Source: Thermoplasmata archaeon (GTDB lineage: Archaea > Thermoplasmatota > Thermoplasmata > GCA-020350865). From it: a DNA stretch of 64,000 nucleotides. The DNA is taken from assembly GCA_020348445.1 (NCBI GenBank), contig CP070751.1, positions 420,494 to 484,493 of the forward strand, given 5' to 3'. Both the position numbers and the translations under genes were made by a program. The notes below the pieces were generated by a model, which saw only the letters and a program-made list of their open reading frames with translations, ran no database searches and had not been told where the DNA came from. This document shows, piece by piece, positions 31,156 to 41,057 of this stretch; the first letter of the stretch is position 1, and every line of letters begins with the position of its first letter.

Positions 31156-31952
31156 CCTGTGATTTCCTTGTATGCATCATCAACTTCGGCGTCCTGGCAG
31201 ATGATTTTCACCAATGCCCGGGTCATTCCAATTATATTGTCATGCTGAAATATGTTCCTGCCAATGGAGATACCAGCGGCCCCTGCCTTGATTGCGTCGT
31301 GTACCATGGTAAGCACATCCATGTCAGAGTCGGTCTTGGGTCCCCCGGCAATGATAACAGGAACAGGGCATCCTGAGATGACCTCCTTGAAGGTATCAAT
31401 ACTTCCCGTGTAATTTGTCTTAATCACATCAGCACCCAACTCAGCACCAAGTCTGGCCACATGTTTTACCAACTCAACATCAAAAGGGTTCTTTACCCCG
31501 GGCCCTCTCGGATACATCATTGCCAAAAGGGGAATCTGCCATCTATTGCACTGACCAGATATGAATCCCAGATCCTGCAGCATCTCAGGTTCTGTCTCTG
31601 CTCCCACATTCACGTGAATTGAAACAGTATCTGCACCCATTAATAGAGCCTCCTCCACCTCAGCAACCAATACCTTGGCATTTGGATCAGGGCTCATTTT
31701 AGTACTTGCAGAAAGATGAAGTATGAATCCAATATCAACTTGGGCTTTTTCAAGTCCAAATAAAGCATTGCCTTTATGAAGAACCACGGCAGTTGCACCC
31801 CCTTCTGCCACCTTTTTTATGGTATCCTCCATATCAACGATACCCTTTATAGGGCCTGAAGATACACCGTGATCCATTGGTACTATCACAAATCGTCCTG
31901 TTTTTTTGTCCTGAATCCTTCGCAGACGGATATTCTTTCCAAGGTCTGTCAT
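31152..31952 (-). CDS. aroA': 2-amino-3,7-dideoxy-D-threo-hept-6-ulosonate (ADH) synthase
   Basis: DhnA-type class I aldolase (PMDHG, MMYPRG, GADVIKTNY, GRNIFQ), directly upstream of DHQ synthase II. Confidence 0.92.
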   Translation of the reverse strand: MTDLGKNIRLRRIQDKKTGRFVIVPMDHGVSSGPIKGIVDMEDTIKKVAEGGATAVVLHKGNALFGLEKAQVDIGFILHLSASTKMSPDPNAKVLVAEVEEALLMGADTVSIHVNVGAETEPEMLQDLGFISGQCNRWQIPLLAMMYPRGPGVKNPFDVELVKHVARLGAELGADVIKTNYTGSIDTFKEVISGCPVPVIIAGGPKTDSDMDVLTMVHDAIKAGAAGISIGRNIFQHDNIIGMTRALVKIICQDAEVDDAYKEITG

Positions 31953-31983
31953 ATTCTATCACCAACCTTCCTGCTAAATAAAT

Positions 31984-32919
31984 TCACAGCACTCCCGCAA
32001 TAAACGAAAGTGTCAAAACAATGGTGAACGTCAAAATATAACCCTTGTGCAATTTTCTTGCCTTCGCTTTTGTATATCTTTTATATATGGAGCGGCAGAG
32101 ATTGAAGCATATGAAGTTCCATACAAACACAACTGTTAAAATGAGTATTTGTAGTATGATATGGGTTTGATAGACAGAAAAATAGGGGATGGCCCAGATA
32201 ACCAAACCGGGAAAAGAGAACGCAAAAGAAGTGGCAGCGGCAGCCTTGGGCCCGAAACGAACAGGTGTTGTATTTTTTCCACCTGCTTTGTCATTTTCAA
32301 GGTCCCTTAAATCCTTTGCCAGGGTTTCGGCAATGGCCATAAAGAGCATCAAGGCTATAAGGAAGTACAGCCCGTTAAATACGTTAACAAGAGCTATGTT
32401 CTCATACCGTATAAGATATGCAGCTATCGCAAAATAATAAAGCAGTCCAAATCCCACCCAGAACAGCTGGGAGATTATGGGGCGGCCGTCCATCTTAAGT
32501 GGCTTCATGGCATATTGATAGGACAGTAATATCAACAAGAAGGCAGAAAGGAATATCAAGATATCGAGGTAGAATGCCAAAATCAATCCAATAGAATACA
32601 ATATGATGGCTTGATTCCTGGCAGCTTTCTTTGAAACAACACCAGTGCACAAGGGCCTTTTCTTTCTCGATGCCTCTGAACTTCTGCAATCTGAATTAAA
32701 GTCCCCAAGGTCGTTCATGGTACAGGCTCCTGCATCTGCAATCACGGCAGTCATAATAAATAGTATAAAATGGGGATTTGGAGCATGTTGGGCAATGATG
32801 GCATAAAAACCCATTGAAGCAAAAACATCGAGCCATACAAGTTGCTGCGGCCTAGTTAAAATGAAATGGCCCTTTAGCTTCTGGCCCAATGTGAACTTCT
32901 TTTTTTCCAATTTCTTCAC
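31984..32919 (-). CDS. UbiA-superfamily prenyltransferase
   Basis: Multi-TM protein with Asp-rich motifs NDLGDFNSD and KDLRDLEND..G..T.PV, plus KRPL.TG. Confidence 0.9.
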   Translation of the reverse strand: MKKLEKKKFTLGQKLKGHFILTRPQQLVWLDVFASMGFYAIIAQHAPNPHFILFIMTAVIADAGACTMNDLGDFNSDCRSSEASRKKRPLCTGVVSKKAARNQAIILYSIGLILAFYLDILIFLSAFLLILLSYQYAMKPLKMDGRPIISQLFWVGFGLLYYFAIAAYLIRYENIALVNVFNGLYFLIALMLFMAIAETLAKDLRDLENDKAGGKNTTPVRFGPKAAAATSFAFSFPGLVIWAIPYFSVYQTHIILQILILTVVFVWNFICFNLCRSIYKRYTKAKARKLHKGYILTFTIVLTLSFIAGVL

Positions 32920-34238
32920 GCGCCTTCAACTACCTCGGATTTACCAGATACCGCATCAACAACCCTGGAAAGGGGTTTTCCCGGTCGAATCTCGCTGTAA
33001 TTGTACAAACTCCCGGGAGGAACCAGCATAACCTCCACGTTCTCCTTTAACACAGATTCGAAGTTGGATTTGATCTCGTTCTTCAGATTTGGATATTGAT
33101 CCCTGTCCCTGTGCTCGGCAATTATCTGCGTGCGGCCTTTCATTACCTTGATCTTGTACCAGACACCGTTTAATTTTGATTTGTAAAGCATCTCCTCCAG
33201 CTCAATTGGGAAGAACTTCTTTTTACCAATTGATAACTCAGTGCGCTTTCGTCCCAGGATCTTCATTGTGGGAAGGGGAAGACCGCAGGGACACTGGTCC
33301 TTTTCTATGATAATCACATCCCCTGTTTCGTACCTGAGAATGGGCATGGCCTCCCGCCATGTTGGGGTGACAACTGACTTTGCCCTCTCCCCAGGCGCAG
33401 CCTCAGTGCCGTCATCATGATATATCTCAGTGAACATGACAAAGGACGGCAGGTGCAGCACGTTATTTTCGCAGGGTATCGCCGCTCCGATTTCGTTTTG
33501 TCCAAGAAGTGATAGGAATTTTGCACCGTACAGATCGCCAAGAACCTTTCCCCTGGAATTTGCACAGGGCTCTGCCCCTGAGACAATCAATTTGATGCCT
33601 ATGCTTTTTGGATCAACACCCTGGTCCATGAGAATGTTGGCATAGGAGAAGGCATCAGTTGCTGCGGCACCCAAAATCGTGGGTCTGAGCCTCTTCAGGG
33701 CATCAGCCACCTCAAGGGGAGGGTACATGTTGTTTCGTGTACCCATGGGAATTATGGTAACCCCTGCTTTCTGATTTATGAGATCGGCAGAACGTCCTGC
33801 AAGGGTTCGGGTGTAGGGATAACATAATGCAACCCTATCCTCGGGGGACATTAACTTCTGAAACACAGGAAGGCATATTGCTAGGTCAATGGACCTCTCA
33901 AGCTCGTCTTTGGTAACCCAGATGGGAACATGTCCTCCTGTTGTACCTGAGGTCTGGGAGTAAATCAGGCATTTTTGCCCTGGCGTAACTGCCAGCATAT
34001 CAGTGGGGTCAATTTCCACAAGTTCGGATCTTTTAGTAAGGGGAACCTTTTCCTTGAAATCTTTGATGCTCTTGATATCCCTTCCCTTAACGCCAGCAAC
34101 TGTCAATTTCCTGGAATAGAATTTACTTTTATAGGCGTAGTCCACGGCCTTTTTTAGACGTTTTAAGACCGAGCTCTCCTTATCTGCCATCTTGATTATA
34201 CCAGGAAACTTCTGCAACATCTTTGCCTTAAAACCCAT
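32916..34238 (-). CDS. Phenylacetate-CoA ligase (PaaK)/F390-synthetase family adenylating enzyme
   Basis: SQTSGTTG P-loop, GAEP, PILRYETGD and ILGRK motifs. Confidence 0.88.
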   Translation of the reverse strand: MGFKAKMLQKFPGIIKMADKESSVLKRLKKAVDYAYKSKFYSRKLTVAGVKGRDIKSIKDFKEKVPLTKRSELVEIDPTDMLAVTPGQKCLIYSQTSGTTGGHVPIWVTKDELERSIDLAICLPVFQKLMSPEDRVALCYPYTRTLAGRSADLINQKAGVTIIPMGTRNNMYPPLEVADALKRLRPTILGAAATDAFSYANILMDQGVDPKSIGIKLIVSGAEPCANSRGKVLGDLYGAKFLSLLGQNEIGAAIPCENNVLHLPSFVMFTEIYHDDGTEAAPGERAKSVVTPTWREAMPILRYETGDVIIIEKDQCPCGLPLPTMKILGRKRTELSIGKKKFFPIELEEMLYKSKLNGVWYKIKVMKGRTQIIAEHRDRDQYPNLKNEIKSNFESVLKENVEVMLVPPGSLYNYSEIRPGKPLSRVVDAVSGKSEVVEGA

Positions 34239-34248
34239 AACATACCTC

Positions 34249-35325
34249 CTATGCTCTCCTATTCATAAAATCGTACCGCAATCGATCTTTACGGGGAATT
34301 ATTGAATCCTGGGGAACGTACCCTGACAACATCAGATGATCTGCGCAAACAATTGCAGATACTGCCTCTGCCACAACAAGAACCCTGGGTGTATAGTTCG
34401 CATCGAACCTGCCCTCAGTTGCCATTTTCGTGTTCTTCATGGTCCTTAAATCCACGCTCTTTTGGGCTATTAAAATCGATGGTGTGGGCTTCACCGCAAA
34501 CCTGAACACCACAGGTGGTCCATAGGTGATTCCCCCGAGAACCCCACCAGCGCGGTTTGAGCTTGTGGTGACAGAGCCTCCTTGTGTTACAATGGGATCA
34601 TTGAATTCCGAAGCTCTCATGCGTGCAGAATCTAGCCCGTCTCCCAACTCGAAGGTCTTTATTCCAGGTATATTCAGTATGGCGTGCCCCAAATCGGCCT
34701 GGAATCTGTTGAATGCCGGAGCGCCCAGGCCCGAGGGAAGATTTTGAATCTGAATCTCAATTATCCCCCCTGTTGTGTCGCTGTCCCTCTTGGATTGCTC
34801 AGCCAACTTTTCAATGATTTGTTCTAAATTGTTATTATCCACCTTTACTCCGCCAAGCTCAAGCATAGTGCTTTTTATTGCTATCTTCTTGAGAAGACAA
34901 ATTCTCTTGGCAACTGCACCAGCTGCAATAGTCGATACCCAGGTCCTTCCGCTGGCCCTGGATCCCCCTCTCCAGTCGATATGACCGTACTTCATCCTGT
35001 ACGTCAAATCGGCATGCCCTGGCCTTGGAGTGTGCATTATCTTTTTGTACTTTTCGCTCTCCACGTTCGAGTTCCTGACTATAATTGAAATCGGAGTTCC
35101 GATGGTGTAGCCCTCGAAGACACCGCTTAAAATCTGGAAGTTGTTCTCCTCGACACGTCTTGTCAGAAGGGGATAAGGGACATCTCTGTCAAGCTCACTT
35201 TTTATATGCTGGCGAGAAAGTCTTATTCCTGCTGGGCATCCGTCGATTACACAGCCAATTGCATCTCCGTGGGATTCTCCCCAGGTTGTGACCCTGAAGA
35301 TGTTTCCCAAAGTGTTTCCTGCCAA
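34249..35325 (-). CDS. aroC: Chorismate synthase homolog (divergent)
   Basis: MAGNTLG..FRVTTWGESHG, RPGHAD, SNRAGGVLGGI and KPTPS motifs. Several signature residues are changed (see findings). Confidence 0.85.
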   Translation of the reverse strand: MAGNTLGNIFRVTTWGESHGDAIGCVIDGCPAGIRLSRQHIKSELDRDVPYPLLTRRVEENNFQILSGVFEGYTIGTPISIIVRNSNVESEKYKKIMHTPRPGHADLTYRMKYGHIDWRGGSRASGRTWVSTIAAGAVAKRICLLKKIAIKSTMLELGGVKVDNNNLEQIIEKLAEQSKRDSDTTGGIIEIQIQNLPSGLGAPAFNRFQADLGHAILNIPGIKTFELGDGLDSARMRASEFNDPIVTQGGSVTTSSNRAGGVLGGITYGPPVVFRFAVKPTPSILIAQKSVDLRTMKNTKMATEGRFDANYTPRVLVVAEAVSAIVCADHLMLSGYVPQDSIIPRKDRLRYDFMNRRA

Positions 35326-35344
35326 TACCCCTCACCTCGTTCTG

Positions 35345-36289
35345 CTACTGGACGAAAACCAATTTTCTTTTGGATGAGGGGTCGTCAGCCAGTTCGCGAA
35401 CAAAAAACTTGCCTTTTGAGCTCAATTCAAATAACATAACAAATAATATGGGAAATATCGAGGCTAAAAAGAATCCTGTGGAAAACTGCCATGCAGTGTA
35501 TATGGAATCAAAAAGTGCCAATGTCATTAGGATCAATATAAAAGGAATATAGGCGACAACTCCAATCAATACTTTTAATTCAATGCCATTTGTGGGATTT
35601 TTCTTGGCTCGAATCATATTGACTATTGTGATTCCTGATATGGCCCCAAATCCCAGAAGAAAACCTCCGAGGATTATCATCACCTGATGTTCAAAATCAT
35701 ACGGAAACTGATAGACATAACTGTTGAGCATCTGAATGGATATTACCCCGAACAATATTGGTAAAATGCTCCCTTTGATCATTCGGGTTCTGTATCTGTA
35801 ATTCGAGAACCGCTCTTTCTGTTTGTCAAAGAGACTTTCCTCTTGGGCTTCGGTTCCAGTCAGCTCATCGAGATCTGACAGATAATCCTCCATTTCCTGC
35901 TCCTCGGTTTGTGTAAGTACCCCTTCTGCCACCTCGGCTTCAGCTTCTTCATAGGGCTCCTTGATCTCTTCGGCAACCTCTGTCCCCTCAGGTGCAGCAG
36001 CTCCTTCCTCCTCTGTAATTTCCAAATAGAAGTTGCATGTATAGCAGTAGTATCTGTTATATTGCTGTATATATGCGGCCTTTTGATTGCATTTGGGGCA
36101 TAAATATTCGGCTGTTTCTTTTATTTCAGGTTCTGGTTGTGCTTCCCTTTCCTCCTCTTTTTCCCCAGGCTCTTTTGACGTCACATACTTGTTGCAGGAG
36201 AAGCAGTAGTATCTGTTGTTTTCCTTGATAAAAGTGGCCCTTCTGTCACAAGAGGGACATTTAATCTGAACATCTTCTTCCAAAGACAT
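35345..36289 (-). CDS. Membrane protein with two N-terminal Zn ribbons and an acidic linker
   Basis: CPSC...YYCFSC and CPKC...YYCYTC motifs, Glu-rich stretch and about 4 TM helices. Ends 20 bp before aroC. Confidence 0.8.
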   Translation of the reverse strand: MSLEEDVQIKCPSCDRRATFIKENNRYYCFSCNKYVTSKEPGEKEEEREAQPEPEIKETAEYLCPKCNQKAAYIQQYNRYYCYTCNFYLEITEEEGAAAPEGTEVAEEIKEPYEEAEAEVAEGVLTQTEEQEMEDYLSDLDELTGTEAQEESLFDKQKERFSNYRYRTRMIKGSILPILFGVISIQMLNSYVYQFPYDFEHQVMIILGGFLLGFGAISGITIVNMIRAKKNPTNGIELKVLIGVVAYIPFILILMTLALFDSIYTAWQFSTGFFLASIFPILFVMLFELSSKGKFFVRELADDPSSKRKLVFVQ

Positions 36290-36451
36290 ACCACTGACCT
36301 CTTCAATACAATAATTTATTTACCATCTCCGCAAGCACTATTTCGAGTTATAAGAAGATATCCTGCCTAATTAATTTTTTGTTATTATTTTCAGAGTTTT
36401 AATTTAATCGACGAAATGAGGGGTATTTATGGGCTTTTCTGGTATTTTTTC

Positions 36452-38338
36452 TCAAAAAACCTCTACAAGGGACCTTCTTCCCACTGGAATCATAAGAAGG
36501 TCAGCTGCGATTATAAGGCCAGATACCGCAACAATTAGAGTGGGTATCTCAGGCAAGCCCCGCTTTGTGGGGGGTGTAAGTCCTGGAATCAGATCAATTC
36601 CCTGGGGCAGATATCTCTGATCTCTGTTGTAATTGATAAACACCATAACAGGGTGTTTTGATTTGACCTTCACTGTAGAGCCCAAGGTTATGTTCTCCCA
36701 GTCCAAATGGATCTCCTCGCTGTCCCCATCATCAACTGCTATTCGGGGAGTGGAATCCAGGGCATAATAGTTGTGGGGGTCCCTCGTGGTCCATTCAGGG
36801 GGCTGTTTGAACTGGGTATCTTCGATCATCATGTCCATGTAGTAGTAGCTGCTTTCCGAGAAATCAAAGGTGACAGACTCATGGACGTCCATTTTGGCAG
36901 AGTACGGTTTGATAAGCATATCGAAGTCCACTTCTACATCATTGTTCCCCTCTCTGAGGTTCACGACAGTGAGATATGCCTGGCTCCAGATTGGAATCTC
37001 GAATTCTGTTGATGCAGGATAGGGCACCCAGCCGTGAGGATAGAATTCAGTGATTTTTTTGTAGACAGTGAAGTATTCTTCCCCAGACATGCTTCTCCTA
37101 TTATCTTCCCTCAAATACCATGTACTGTTGGCGAATGTGTAGACCAGTATGGGATCGCTTGACCTTAGATGCGCCCATTCATATGAGGAATATTCCCGTA
37201 ATTTGTAGGCAACCTTGAAATCGAACAGTCTGAGCTCACCCGGATTTAAATATCCTTTGAACGTGCCTTGATTGCCGTTTTTGTCCTTTAAATCGATTGT
37301 TGCCCCAGTGGGAGCCGAAATAAGTATTTTACCGAAACAAGGGAATAGAAAGTCTTTTCCGTCTTTTCCAAAAACCTGGACAAATCCCTGATCCGACTGT
37401 ATGCCCGCAACTATGGACACAGGTTTGTCGGCACTGATTAGAACCAGGTCATCGTCGAATCCGTACTGCTCAAATATGGGATTACGGGTATAATCCCAGC
37501 CTTCGAACCTGTCAAGGATGAGAGTGGCATCGTCGTTTTTGTCAGAATAATCCCATACATTGACAGTTGTATCTGCCTCCAGGGCTGAAATCCAGCAATC
37601 TCCCGTAATTCTGGTAAATATCTTTTTTCCGTAGGCAGAGTAAATGCCCTCCCATCCATCCCAGTAGTAATCCACGATATAATCATAGCCTCTGTCATCC
37701 ATGGTTCCCATTGGAAATAATTTATGGTGCATTACTGAGATGGGATAGTTGCTTGTAACCTTGACAATCCCGGAGATCATTCGAAAGCCCTGGCCAACCA
37801 TCCAAGTGTTTATCTGAATCTGTCTTGTTTCGTACTCTCCCAAATGAATGGTCTTTGTGAGATTTTCAGGTTTTTGAATCTGATCCAACCAAACTATTTC
37901 TGCGCCATCACCCAGTACCCATTTTCCACATACCCCCAAATCACAATCGAATATTGTATCATTTATTGCGGTGCCGTTGAGCCATTCAATACGGATTTTT
38001 GCACCGTTCTCATAGGAAAAAAATTGAATGTTGCTGAAATTTGCCATGGGGTAGCTTCTATAGGTTGTATCTTCATATCCTGCCCACCATGTATATATTC
38101 GATCCTGCATCAAGACAGTGGGGGGTGGAACATAGAATATAAAGTAATCGTTCACAAATGTTGTAATGTCCGAGGAGTGATAGTCAGTATGTTCTACTTG
38201 CTCAGATGTCACCCTCATAAAATCGGAAACTGCGGTGTCCATGGATTGTCTGTGTAAAAAGATATCGCTCATGGGCAGGAAGATAAGACCCACAATACAT
38301 ATTATCAATAATATGGGTTTTATAGCTCTAAGGAACAT
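36452..38338 (-). CDS. Membrane-anchored surface protein with IgGFc-binding-like beta repeats
   Basis: N-terminal signal/TM, recurrent (I/V)xSxxP(I/V)xV motifs and a C-terminal TM. Confidence 0.7.
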   Translation of the reverse strand: MFLRAIKPILLIICIVGLIFLPMSDIFLHRQSMDTAVSDFMRVTSEQVEHTDYHSSDITTFVNDYFIFYVPPPTVLMQDRIYTWWAGYEDTTYRSYPMANFSNIQFFSYENGAKIRIEWLNGTAINDTIFDCDLGVCGKWVLGDGAEIVWLDQIQKPENLTKTIHLGEYETRQIQINTWMVGQGFRMISGIVKVTSNYPISVMHHKLFPMGTMDDRGYDYIVDYYWDGWEGIYSAYGKKIFTRITGDCWISALEADTTVNVWDYSDKNDDATLILDRFEGWDYTRNPIFEQYGFDDDLVLISADKPVSIVAGIQSDQGFVQVFGKDGKDFLFPCFGKILISAPTGATIDLKDKNGNQGTFKGYLNPGELRLFDFKVAYKLREYSSYEWAHLRSSDPILVYTFANSTWYLREDNRRSMSGEEYFTVYKKITEFYPHGWVPYPASTEFEIPIWSQAYLTVVNLREGNNDVEVDFDMLIKPYSAKMDVHESVTFDFSESSYYYMDMMIEDTQFKQPPEWTTRDPHNYYALDSTPRIAVDDGDSEEIHLDWENITLGSTVKVKSKHPVMVFINYNRDQRYLPQGIDLIPGLTPPTKRGLPEIPTLIVAVSGLIIAADLLMIPVGRRSLVEVF

Positions 38339-38366
38339 CCTGCTCTTCCTCCGTTGTATTATATTC

Positions 38367-40847
38367 TTACTTACTAAGGGTTTTTAGGAACTTCCCCTTT
38401 CCAGTGAAGGAGAGGGTTCCAACTATTCCTTTTCCTCCAGCAGCTACGGTTCCAATATCAGTTGCCATAAGTACAGCCAGAACCGGCGGCAGTAGCCAGA
38501 AAGGATCTCCTGTCGTGGTTCTCTGGGTCGTGGGTATTATGCTCAATGGGATGTCCATGTCCTGGGGCTCACACGAGTAATCCCTTGCATATCTCACCAT
38601 GAGCATCACATCCTTATCGGCATGAATATGCATCATCTGGATCACGGATTCAAGCTCGTCCTGATTATCAGGCTCAACATCGTCCCTTTCATCACCATTG
38701 TAGTCCTCGTTATCATCCACAACGATTCTGTAGATTTCGTATGCATCAAGGGTGGCACCGGATGGTTGATTGTCAAGCCACGTTCCGTCCCAGCCGACTG
38801 AGGTATCATCCTCCAAGGCTATGATATACACGATGCATTGATGGTGGATCGCCAGATCCCATTTTTGCTCTGCCGGGTAGAAGTCGAATCCCTCTTTGAA
38901 GGTGGATATCTGTGTTTCGTCGAAAGCGTTGTCATCATTTGCCATCCAGAGCTCCACGCGAATTGGCCAATCCGAGATGATTCTGACCCATTTTACCTCG
39001 GCAATGTAATTGTTGGAGAAGGGGCCTGAGCACATGGATGATATTGTCACCTGCTCCCCAGGTTCAACTGTAAACTCATCATCGCCCTCGGAGGTATCGT
39101 CGAAATCAAGCTCGACATGCGCCTCCTTTTCAAGTCCTGTTATTGTAATTGCAGCCGACATTGGTACATAGTATCTTGAGCCAAGGAATCCGTAGACCTG
39201 TGTGTGAAAATTGTTGTCCCATATTCCGCCGTATATGGTAACAGGTTTTTCAGCCTTCACAACCACCCAATCGGCCTCGAAATTTCCAGAATCCACAGCC
39301 CTTTTTATGTAATCGCTTTCCATAATTTCTTTGGCGGCTTGAGGATCCTCCCAATCAACATCCCAGTCAGGCTGATAACCAAAATATTGATAGTTGTTAT
39401 CCAGTTCATTGTTGTCTCCTGCATCATCACCACCACACATCGTGTCCACGACAAAAGTGCTTGCCCACTGGAAATTCTCCCAATCATTTAACGTGATTTC
39501 TCGGGAGTCATCACCATCTGATTTATCTATTATTGTTATGTGGTTATCATCGTCGTAACTTGCTATCATGAGGTCACGGTGCACAAAACCAAAGAACTCG
39601 TCACCGTAAAAGGACCATATCGCATCGTCGGATAGGCCATTTGCAAACCATTCTGTGTTCACACCGTGGGCCACCTCATCGTCTCCATCGACCTCGTCGT
39701 TCGGGTCGCAGTCGTCTGCAAGATCGGGTATCCCATTGTCGTTCTTGTCGATGTACCCGTCAGTTACCGTCATCTTCTGAACAGTGACGCGTCCTGAAGA
39801 TTCAACCTTGATGACCCCGTCCCACATCCACCAGTCCCGAGTAGTGTAGTTAAGGATTCCCTGGTATTTATTAAGGGTTCCGGTCCACAGGATATGGTTT
39901 TCAACATACTCCAGATCAGGTGAGTTCAGGGGTCTTCTTGCAGGGTCGTACAAGTCTATTCTCCATTTTGAACGATCAAGGGTACGCCATTCACGGTCAG
40001 CGCGGTCGTTTTCATCGTCGTTGTCATCCTCCCAACAATCCTCGTCAATCCAATTATAAAATGGTTCTGGATCGTCATCAGGGTAACTGTTTGGATTGTT
40101 GGGATTTGTACCCTCATACAGCTCCTGCCCGTCACAGTAGCCGTCCCCATCAGAGTCAACTGAGTCACCGTCATTATCATCTTCTATTCCGCCAGTATCC
40201 TCATCAATTAATCCATCGTCATCATTATCACGGCCATCAGCACGATCCTCATTATTACTCCCGTCGTCATCATCATCACGGGGATCTTCATTTACTCGAC
40301 CATCCCTATCCCTATCTGGATTACCATCACCCCGATATATTCCACCCCACCAGCCGTGGATGGTATTTGCCGGGTACTCGTCTTTGAAGGCCTGGGTAAA
40401 TATGTGGCCCTTTAGCATTGTGACAGTGATACGATTGTTGTTATCGTAACTACCTATGGCAATTGCACCTTCATCAGAAATCCAGGAATCTCCATAAAAT
40501 GTGATTCCGCACCTCTCTTCGTCATTGGTCTGCCCGTTGTTGTCATCTTGATTATGACCATTGTAAATTCCCCATGGACAATTCTGTTCGTTGTCTTCCT
40601 GTTCATATATTGCATCAATGGGACTCCAGTAGAATATGAATTCCTTGTTTACAAAGGGGGTGTAGGCACTTGTTTTCACATCCTGGGTGATCTCCTCGAT
40701 TATTCCTTTATCATGTGTGACCACATGTGTCGAGGGTAAAAGCAGTGTTCCGAACAGCATCAGCATTATTGCCAAGACTGTAAAATAACCCAGTATTATT
40801 TCTTTAGCCTTCGGTCTATTATTTGCATTGGATTTTGCCGATTTCAT
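38367..40847 (-). CDS. Paralogous membrane-anchored surface protein with an Asp-rich Ca-binding (TSP3-like) insertion
   Basis: Same architecture as the neighbouring gene, plus DNDDDGLIDED and DSDGDGYCDGQE..GTNP motifs. Confidence 0.72.
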   Translation of the reverse strand: MKSAKSNANNRPKAKEIILGYFTVLAIMLMLFGTLLLPSTHVVTHDKGIIEEITQDVKTSAYTPFVNKEFIFYWSPIDAIYEQEDNEQNCPWGIYNGHNQDDNNGQTNDEERCGITFYGDSWISDEGAIAIGSYDNNNRITVTMLKGHIFTQAFKDEYPANTIHGWWGGIYRGDGNPDRDRDGRVNEDPRDDDDDGSNNEDRADGRDNDDDGLIDEDTGGIEDDNDGDSVDSDGDGYCDGQELYEGTNPNNPNSYPDDDPEPFYNWIDEDCWEDDNDDENDRADREWRTLDRSKWRIDLYDPARRPLNSPDLEYVENHILWTGTLNKYQGILNYTTRDWWMWDGVIKVESSGRVTVQKMTVTDGYIDKNDNGIPDLADDCDPNDEVDGDDEVAHGVNTEWFANGLSDDAIWSFYGDEFFGFVHRDLMIASYDDDNHITIIDKSDGDDSREITLNDWENFQWASTFVVDTMCGGDDAGDNNELDNNYQYFGYQPDWDVDWEDPQAAKEIMESDYIKRAVDSGNFEADWVVVKAEKPVTIYGGIWDNNFHTQVYGFLGSRYYVPMSAAITITGLEKEAHVELDFDDTSEGDDEFTVEPGEQVTISSMCSGPFSNNYIAEVKWVRIISDWPIRVELWMANDDNAFDETQISTFKEGFDFYPAEQKWDLAIHHQCIVYIIALEDDTSVGWDGTWLDNQPSGATLDAYEIYRIVVDDNEDYNGDERDDVEPDNQDELESVIQMMHIHADKDVMLMVRYARDYSCEPQDMDIPLSIIPTTQRTTTGDPFWLLPPVLAVLMATDIGTVAAGGKGIVGTLSFTGKGKFLKTLSK

Positions 40848-41057
40848 CTCTTCACCCCAGCTTTATCCTGATTTGCCAATTCCCTACCAATCCCCTTATC
40901 AATAAATTGGCACCACTGGGTACTATGTGTAACAGGATTGATAAATGTTTCCATTCTGTTTTTCTCCTTGATTCTATTTACATCCTACTGGGGTTTTGAA
41001 TACCGATATCAATGTTAATTGGAATCAGATATCATCGTTGATTATGCAAAATGAAAT

